From the NCBI GenBank assembly GCA_001724265.1, contig MEDY01000346.1, positions 1 through 32,091 on the forward strand: 32,091 bases of DNA, given 5' to 3'. A program made the position numbers and the translations under genes. This DNA is from Rhizaria sp. SCN 62-66. Lineage: Eukaryota. Of this stretch, positions 10,201-16,746 are shown in pieces (the first letter of the stretch is position 1; each line of letters opens with the position of its first letter). The notes below the pieces were generated by a model that searched no databases, had not been told where the DNA came from, and was given only the letters and a program-made list of their open reading frames with translations.

Positions 10201-12624
10201 CGCGGCGAGCCGGCGCTCGGCCTGGCGTGCGCGCGCGCGGGCGCCCGCGGCGTCGGCCGCCAGCGCGGAGATGCGCAGGTCCGTCGCGGCCGCAGTGGCG
10301 CGCGCTGCGGCGGCGGCCGCCGCGGTATGCTGCTGCAGCAACGCGGAGAGCGAGGAGGAGAGCGACGACGAGTGCAGAGAAAGCAGGGAAAGCAGGTGCG
10401 AGGTCCACGAGAGCGGGACCCCCGCCGTGGGCGTTGCTGCGGAGTATGGCTCCTGCGTCAGCTGTTGCTGCTCTTGACTCGCAGGCGGGGCAGCGGGGGA
10501 CGATGACGTTGTCGTCGTCGTCGTCGTCGTTGTCGTCGTCGTGGTAGTGGTCAGCAGAGGACTCAGCGGCTGCTGCTGCTGTTGCTGCTGGACTCTGTTG
10601 GGGTGAGTGAAATGGAGCACCGACTCGTTGCGGCCAATGCCCGCGAGGCCCGACGCAACGACGCTCTGTGCGTGCACCGGGGAGAACGGGACAACCGGTA
10701 AGGGCACCTCGCCACCAGCGCCCGCATTCACAGCTGCGGTCGCGCCGGGGGGCGCTGTCCCCGCCTCTGCTGCTGCCGTCGCCGACGTGACCGTTGAGAC
10801 GGCAGCTGCGACGGGCCAGCGAGGCGGCAACGGCACAGGCGCAGTGCTCGCATGGCTATCAAGGCCCTCATCATCCCCGAGGCCGTTGTTGCTCGCATTC
10901 AACACACCGTCGACGCTGTTAGCGCTGTTCCCGCTCGCGCTCGAACCGCTGCTATTGCTATTGCTGCTGCTGCTGCTGTTCGAGGTCGGGTGCTGGTGCT
11001 GGTGTTGGTCGTACGCGTGCGCAAGCGGGGTGCACGCCAGGCAGTGCGCGTGCGAGCAGTGGATGCACACCTCGGCAAAGCACGCGCCGTGCACGCGCAT
11101 CGCGGCGTCGCGCGCGGTCGTGCCGGCCGCCAGCCCGAGCGCGCCGCTGCCGCCTGAGGGCAGCGAAGGGAGCTCGGGGAGCGCAAGTGAGTTGTTCGCG
11201 CCGCGAGCGTTACTGTTCGCGTTGCTGGTGCGGTGTCCGGCGCGGCTGCCGCTGCGGCTGTTGCAGCGCGAGTTGTTGCGGCTCACGTTGCTCACCAGCA
11301 GCGAGTTGTTCACGTTGTCGCTGTCGCGCAACATGTAGTAGTCGTACGCGGCCGCCTCGCTTGCACTCAGAGGGCCGACAGCGTTGGGGCCAGCGCCAGC
11401 GCCAGCCTCGGCTGCAGGAGTGTTGCCGTTCACAGCCGATGTGGTCGCCGTTGTGACAGCTGCAGTCTGCGTCGCCGCGCGCGCAGCCTTGTACCAGCAC
11501 CAGCCGCAAAGCAGCGGCGCCTGCCACGCGCGCTCAACACGTCCGACGGCGGCCACGGCGGCCTCGGCCTTGCCCGCGGCCGCGGCGACCGCTGACTGGA
11601 GCTGCGCGACGTGGCCCGCCACCTTGCGGCCTTTGCCCAGCTCCTCCTTGACGGCCGCGACCTCGCGCCCCGAGGCGTCTGCGCGCCCGGCCAGCTCAGC
11701 GATGTGGCTCTCTGCGCGCGCAACGGCCGTCTCGAGCGTCTCGATACGGCTGCGCAGCTCTGCGCTCTCCCCGCGCGCCGCCGCCAGCGCGGCCAGTCGC
11801 TCGCCGCGCTCGGCAGTCGTGCGCGCCTCGGCCGCGGCCAGCGCGCGCTCCAGCGCCGCGCGGCGGTCCGTCTCGGTGCTCAGCGCGACGTGCAGCGAGC
11901 GCACCTCGCGGGACGCGGCCTGCGACTGCAGCTGCAGCGGCGTGATCGCAGACGAGAAAGAAGTCAAGCGAGACTGCAGGTCCTGGAGCAACGCGGACAT
12001 TAGGGGCGGGAACGAGGTCATGCCGCCGCCGCCCGCAGGAGACTGCAGGTCGGCCCCAGCGCCAGCGGCGGATGAGGGCGAGAAGCCGCTCGACGTGCGG
12101 GCGAGCGCAGGGAACCCTTGGGCGTTGTTTGCGCCCGCACTGTTCGCGTTATTCTTGCTGTTTTGTGCTGCTGAAGACCTCGACTCGGTCATGATGTCGC
12201 CCGGCAGACTTGGGTAGCCTGTGTAGGCCAGATCAGCCTCGTCGGGCGCCTCAGCGTCCGTATCGCCGCCGGCGACGGCGCCCGCGGCGAGCGCGGCGGC
12301 CGTCACCGGCGGGTTCTGGCCCTCGCCATCGACGCTGCTGGCGGTGGTGCCCGTCAGTGAAGACGCGGCGTCCGTCGACAGCAAACGGCTCAGTGCGCCA
12401 GGGGCACCAGCTGTAGAACCATGAACGGCGAGGCTCGCGGCGCGGGGCAGCGGGGCGCGGGGCGAGGCCCCGTCAGCGGCAGCGGAAGTCGAGTGAGAGA
12501 CTCTCGACGACAGCATCCCCGAAGTCCCCTGCACGGACGCAGGGGCGCGGGAGCGCGGGAGAGTCAGCGCAACATCGGGAAAAATGTCAGTTGGAAGGAA
12601 TAGCGAGTCGCGGTCACCAGACAT
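7213..12624 (-). CDS. Large low-complexity protein (~1803 aa) with coiled coil and split Cys/His cluster; function unknown
   Basis: Uninterrupted GC-rich ORF ending in TAA. The ATG at 12624 (MSGDRDS...) lies where GC-rich coding composition begins; the further upstream open frame is AT-rich. It contains a coiled coil (LQDLQSRL...VKEELGK), CGWC and HGACFAEVCIHCSHAHCLAC, and an RS-like tract. The start codon is uncertain. Confidence 0.8.
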   Translation of the reverse strand: MSGDRDSLFLPTDIFPDVALTLPRSRAPASVQGTSGMLSSRVSHSTSAAADGASPRAPLPRAASLAVHGSTAGAPGALSRLLSTDAASSLTGTTASSVDGEGQNPPVTAAALAAGAVAGGDTDAEAPDEADLAYTGYPSLPGDIMTESRSSAAQNSKNNANSAGANNAQGFPALARTSSGFSPSSAAGAGADLQSPAGGGGMTSFPPLMSALLQDLQSRLTSFSSAITPLQLQSQAASREVRSLHVALSTETDRRAALERALAAAEARTTAERGERLAALAAARGESAELRSRIETLETAVARAESHIAELAGRADASGREVAAVKEELGKGRKVAGHVAQLQSAVAAAAGKAEAAVAAVGRVERAWQAPLLCGWCWYKAARAATQTAAVTTATTSAVNGNTPAAEAGAGAGPNAVGPLSASEAAAYDYYMLRDSDNVNNSLLVSNVSRNNSRCNSRSGSRAGHRTSNANSNARGANNSLALPELPSLPSGGSGALGLAAGTTARDAAMRVHGACFAEVCIHCSHAHCLACTPLAHAYDQHQHQHPTSNSSSSSNSNSSGSSASGNSANSVDGVLNASNNGLGDDEGLDSHASTAPVPLPPRWPVAAAVSTVTSATAAAEAGTAPPGATAAVNAGAGGEVPLPVVPFSPVHAQSVVASGLAGIGRNESVLHFTHPNRVQQQQQQQPLSPLLTTTTTTTTTTTTTTTSSSPAAPPASQEQQQLTQEPYSAATPTAGVPLSWTSHLLSLLSLHSSSLSSSLSALLQQHTAAAAAAARATAAATDLRISALAADAAGARARARQAERRLAALAAAVERVWGDAAAVGDRERLRRAAEERWGVDVMITDGNNNSVNANNMNTDVDVGALPPPAAVVAVASAAATLLQPQLAALAEAAFRAGVAAASASTSAVPVPGVAAGVGRRSTLTSAGSAIGAGAGAAHGTHGAHGAHGGIPGAAGLAAFAAAASSSSNFASLASAAATAAAMNAASHGHNGGTVPPAMLPALSQQQLQLPHQSHQPLQQQQLNGQLLSSRGPAVDAASSALALNAAAVAVTGDTAGASVLGSLAATGDFALLLPLHSAATAEAATAGPLPVAGLGLADAGGPGAADGAHELGGDAAASGAMRPGTSAGAGAGVGAGGASGLIMRAQAQALSNSLSLASKQQQMLMAQRQYNALTHAQTGAGAEGDAAAADPMAAAVLAAATGGVDESWSPAWAASAAVAHGHSATSAAHGHSLARAGSMSPRHLYPVIGGVQSPANGALSPAGSACTPAAGAHGHAAHGPFAQSPTAGDAAPSGGGGAVTAVTAARRGSIVKLEHEVTELRAMVAALTSAAAAATAAATAAGERAARATVAANAAHGHRRGRHGHGRSARRRSSQDTDHERSHSRSRSQSRSDSGSGSDSRSRSRSRPDDSRGGNELYRPRSPRENQTHAAAHPSAPAAPAAGAGVSGLARAHAMWHLPQSSSTPQSHPHASAHAGAHPGNSSSSHASSAATTAAAPASRGNSRGNSRGSVRASGSLGLLQSHSHAAGANGTSSIAAGFGFAPGSTLAPSSAASSSSASLSRPTSRGTAQPTAPPLLTGPAAAAYEVDEWGFPIPKALAMRARRQTRTPGTPGLLLPAGTPGLGTAAAAGGEGAVVSKRGSLVLQRVPSSSAVPHQFASRSVDDASAAAGATATASSATASAAAAAAAAAATAAAAAAGFAAVTAVAGSNATGGVAVAGHHGAGAGSSGLGGPVVTGAGGRRGSVILTMSRELRAMATTPQSSAAATPVAVAGGTAGAGRPPLGMAGAGSGLNRQASAAGAIV

Positions 12625-12984
12625 GACGACGGCGGCGGCGGCGACGGCGGCGGCGACGACGAACAAGACTCTGAAGAACTGTGGAGGAGAGTGGGAACGA
12701 AAGTCGTGTACTATAGGAAACAACAATATTTTAAGAACGTAATAAAGAATGAGATAGTGATTCAAAGATATTTGTACTCGAAAATTACGGTTAAATCCAA
12801 TTTGACGCTCGAATGAAAGAGAGATAGTTTGATAAATTGCTGAGAAACCGACAGCATTCGCTGTCATCCACCTCGAGTCGCACCTCGCTCTTGCCATGAG
12901 CGTAACATACAAAATTGCACGTCGAAAAGCGAGGAGACAAAATCAACCCACGATAAAACTGAAGTATATGATAAAGAATGATGC

Positions 12985-12990
12985 TTTATT
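12985..12990 (-). promoter_or_regulatory. Candidate AATAAA polyadenylation signal of the SAM-domain gene
   Basis: AATAAA on the minus strand ~160 nt downstream of the TGA at 13148. Confidence 0.35.
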
Positions 12991-13147
12991 CGAACTAAGT
13001 ACTAAATTAACCCAATAACCATCGGGTATCCACACCAAACATGCCGCTGCCCAGACTGGCGCAGCAGTGGCCTTGAACCACATACATCAAGCACCGCAGT
13101 TGTCGCTGCGATACTTCTGCGTCGCATTCAGTATCAATACAGGACGC

Positions 13148-14175
13148 TCACTCCCTCAGCGGCAGCGCGGCCGGAGGAGCGTTGGCGACAGCCTCGCCCG
13201 CCGCGGCCGCCGCGGCAGCCTGGTCGGCGGACTTAACTGCCGTCGCGGTGGCCGCCGCGATCTCGGCCTCTTGCTCGGCCGCCTTGATCTTGCTGTACTC
13301 GGCGCGGATCAACGCGAGCTCGGCCTCGACAGTGGTGCCACGGGTGGCGGCGTTCGCGGTGGCGGCCTGCAGCATGGCCTTCTCCTCGGCCACCATCGAC
13401 TCGGCCTAAATTAGAGACAGAACACAAAACAACACATATAAACAGATGCGTGAGGGAATTACATTCCAATAATATGTTAAACAGCATGAAAATCTCGTGA
13501 TTGAACAATTTCAGCAGAAATAGATCAGTCAATGTCAACAAGATATTGAGTGTGCTGAAACGTTAGACGTACCGCGCCCTTCTTGAACTTGCCCTCGGCC
13601 CAGAGCTTCTGGCGCATCGCCTGGACCTCCTTGGCGTACGCCTTGGCGCTGTAGCGCTCGGCCTCGGACTGGCACGAGTTGGAGCGGACGACGGAGATGG
13701 CGGAGAGGAGCATGACGTACTGCTCAGGCCGCAGCCCGGCCAGCTCAAGGTCGGCCTGAGTGAGCGTGAAGAGCGCGGCGCCGTCGATGCGCTGCTTCGT
13801 GATGTACGCCACCGCCTGCGGGTCGACCTTGAGCGAGCGGAGGAAGACGACAACCTGCGGCGGGAGCCAGAGCTTGCTGGTGTGGATCACGGTGGTGTCG
13901 TACGACGTGCGGTGCTGCATGGGCGTCGCGCTGGTGTAGGTCGTGTCGGAGATCGCGATCGTTGCCAGGGGGGACGACATCGGCGGCGCAGGGATCATCG
14001 ACGGGTAGTGCAGCGCAACGGGGGATGCGCAGACAATGCAGGTGACGAGCGGGGTCGCCGTGGGGGTGACGGTGAGCACGGACTGGCAGTGCGGGCAGCG
14101 CACCAGGAAGTGCACGGGCAGCACCACGCCGTTCGGGTCGACATCGGCCGGGGAGGGGACAGCAGGGGCTGACAT
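13148..14175 (-). CDS. Zinc-ribbon (CPHC...CIVC) plus SAM-domain protein, ~286 aa; 2 exons (13573-14175, 13148-13405)
   Basis: A phase-0 intron at 13406-13572 (GCG|GTACGT...ctaatttAG|GCC) joins the 217-aa and 82-aa ORFs in frame. WLPPQVVVFLRSLKV...RIDGAALFTLTQADLELAGL...LLSAI matches the SAM pattern W..V..FL....IDG..L..LT..DL...G. The stop is TGA. Confidence 0.85.
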
Positions 14176-14808
14176 CACAGCAAAAAACGCGGCAGAAACT
14201 GGCGTGGGTAGATTCTCCGCGGGGTTGAGGGGCTTGAAAAGTCTGCGAAGTGAAACTAAGGCGACAAGAAGAAGGGAAGAAGTCGAACAAAAAGCGCAGA
14301 GTGAGTGAGTGTTGATGGGATGACTTGCTGTTCAAATTTAGCATAAAAAGAAAGAGGATGTGCGGTAGCTGTAAACCGATTTGTGGACAAAAATAAACAC
14401 ATGTATAGAAATCATTGAAGGCAGTGTATATGACGTTCAGGCGAACGCGTATTTCAGGTGTTTGTGAAGTGAAGAGTCGGGCGCGAAGCCGAGACTTTTT
14501 GCGAACCCATGTGGTGGTTGGAGGAACAGAGGCGTGAGGTCGCAGTTTCATCCTTAATATAACCGTGCACAATCGTTACTCAGGACTGAAAACGTGTGTC
14601 TGTTAATCTCCATAACGTGGCTTTACGTTTTTTTTAATAGATCTTTTCCTAGCCTTTCATACATCTTACACTCATGTCATTCAGTGAAGTGTCGTTTCAC
14701 CCTCCTCTCACCAGAATCAACCTCTGCTTTCCCTCGCCTCCACACTTGCCAAACAGACTGCTTCAACTCCCTATCTGTGACTGAAGCACACATTGTGTCT
14801 GTAATACA

Positions 14809-16692
14809 ATGTCCGACCGCCTTACAGGTGAGCGCGACGTTGCCCCGGCCCTCCAAGCCGTCCTCGCGCCTACGCCAACTTCAGATTCTCGCTCCGGCTC
14901 TGCTTCGGGCTCTGCTCCCGCCGGGATTCACGGTACATCCTGGCTCAACGGTGGCGCGTACTCTGCCCCGTCACGGTCATTTCCCGCGCCGATGACCCGC
15001 GACGGGCTGCCCGTTATTGTGACGCCGATCCGCTCCCTCAAGTTCGACGAAGAGGAAGAGAACGCCGCCGCTGCCAAGGATAACAGCGGCAACCCTGACA
15101 GCGCTGCGACTGCTGCTGGCAGCACAGCTTCTGCGCCGAAGCCGGTGCTGCCTACGCCAGTCCGCAATCCCGTCGTTGCCCCGGAGCCCGCTCCCGCCTC
15201 TGCCTCTGCTGCTCCCGCTTCCCGCGCCCCCTCCTCGGCCGCTCATGCTGCGGCGACGGCTCGCGCTCCTGCTGCTGCTCCTGCTGCAGCTGCAGTGCCC
15301 CGGTCTGGCCTTGCTGCGTCTACCGCCCCGCCCGTCACGCCCGCTGGCAACGGCGGCTACTCCCGTGGCAACGGCAACAGCAGCGGCAGCGGTCCCCGCG
15401 ACCCCCAAGCCGCGTTCGCTGACTTGATGGCGCAGGTGGCCCCGATCATCGGTCACCAGGGCACGGCGTACAACCCGTCTAAGGGCCCTCATACCCCCGC
15501 CAAGGGCGTTTACACGCCGTCCAAGGGCGCGTACCCCAGTGCTAACAGCCCCGAAGACGTGTTCAAGCGCTCATTCGGCCATGCGCCGCCGGTCACGTCG
15601 CCCGTCTGCGCGCGCGCACGCGCCAGCACCGGCCCCCATGGCAACCACACTAGCGCTGACCCGTTTGGCTGCAACACAAACAACAGCGGTGGTGACAGTG
15701 ATTTCGGCGACTATGATCGCAATGCGCCTGTCTACAGACACGCCTCATACCCTGTCACCACCCCTGCTGCGAATGCAACTGCGCACGCACCGAACGCAAA
15801 CGCAAATGATGCGCTTGCTCGCAGTCGCTCTCCCTTTGCCCCGCGCTCACAGCCACAATTGCAGTCGCAGCTCGCGCGCGCACAGTCCCCACGCAGGCCG
15901 CAGCCTCAGTCGCCGCCGCTGCGCCGCGCGCACCGCTGCGAGGCGTGCCAATACAAGGCCGCCCGCGAGGCCAAGCAGGCCGCCGCCGCGCGCGCCGCCG
16001 CGGCCAGGGACGCCGCCGACGCCGCCGCGGCCGCCGCACACGCGCAGCGCTACCCGTACCCTGGCCAAAGCGGCGGCGAAGACTACTGGAACCAGTCGCC
16101 GTATATGGCGTCTGCGCGCGAGGTTGCCGCGGCGAGCTTGCTGGGCGGACACGGCGGCAGCAGCGGCATTAACGCGCGCTACGCGGCTGCTGTGGCCGCT
16201 GCGAAGACCGCGGCCGCCGCTGCCGCCGCCGCCGCCGCGGAGGCCGAGGCCGCTGCGCGCGCAGTGTCCGAGGCCGAGGCCGAGGCCGCCTCGCGTGGCG
16301 GGGCCGGCAGCGGTGCGCTTTATGTGTGTCACTGTCCCGTGCTGGCGCAGTCGCCCAAGTTCGACGTCAGCGCGCGTGAAGCCGCCAAGCACGGCCGCGC
16401 GCTCGGCAGGACGCCCGCGCTGGCAACGGCCTCGCCCGTTGCAGCGTACGACCGGTACCCCGCGCTCACTGCGGCGCAGAGTCCTGCCCGCGGCCACTAC
16501 CCTGCGCTTATGGCTTCGCACGGCCCCTCCGCGGCAGCTGCCCCCGGGCAGTCCGGCGACGCGACGGTCGACGCTGGCGCTGCCGTGCTGCGCGCCGCGC
16601 TCGCGGAGATCCGCGCAGTCGGCGCGACGCTGGACGACGGCGACGGGGACCGAGACAGTGACAGCGAGAGTGAGGCCCGGTATCGCATGTAG
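14809..16692 (+). CDS. Pro/Ala/Ser-rich disordered protein, N-terminal part (627 aa to the first TAG); probably continuous with 16747-19605
   Basis: The ATG follows a pyrimidine-rich leader and the composition is GC-rich and coding-like. It has many SP/TP sites and CEAC and CHC motifs. It ends at a TAG that is in frame with the downstream ORF, with no intergenic-like sequence between them. Confidence 0.75.
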   Translation: MSDRLTGERDVAPALQAVLAPTPTSDSRSGSASGSAPAGIHGTSWLNGGAYSAPSRSFPAPMTRDGLPVIVTPIRSLKFDEEEENAAAAKDNSGNPDSAATAAGSTASAPKPVLPTPVRNPVVAPEPAPASASAAPASRAPSSAAHAAATARAPAAAPAAAAVPRSGLAASTAPPVTPAGNGGYSRGNGNSSGSGPRDPQAAFADLMAQVAPIIGHQGTAYNPSKGPHTPAKGVYTPSKGAYPSANSPEDVFKRSFGHAPPVTSPVCARARASTGPHGNHTSADPFGCNTNNSGGDSDFGDYDRNAPVYRHASYPVTTPAANATAHAPNANANDALARSRSPFAPRSQPQLQSQLARAQSPRRPQPQSPPLRRAHRCEACQYKAAREAKQAAAARAAAARDAADAAAAAAHAQRYPYPGQSGGEDYWNQSPYMASAREVAAASLLGGHGGSSGINARYAAAVAAAKTAAAAAAAAAAEAEAAARAVSEAEAEAASRGGAGSGALYVCHCPVLAQSPKFDVSAREAAKHGRALGRTPALATASPVAAYDRYPALTAAQSPARGHYPALMASHGPSAAAAPGQSGDATVDAGAAVLRAALAEIRAVGATLDDGDGDRDSDSESEARYRM

Positions 16693-16746
16693 CGACGTCA
16701 ACGGAAGCAATAGAAGCGCGCCGCTGCCGAGGCTGCTGCCAAACAG

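Noticed and set aside
12625-12912. 96-codon N-terminal extension of the 1899-aa ORF
   Set aside because: AT-rich promoter/UTR-like composition with a non-ATG start call; probably open by chance.
14494-14508. GGGTTCGCAAAAA shared between the SAM gene upstream region (- strand) and RPL24 upstream (31223-31235); also TTTTGAAAA(A)GGT near 22 and 24645
   Set aside because: One match of this length is roughly expected by chance across several kb of AT-rich intergenic DNA.
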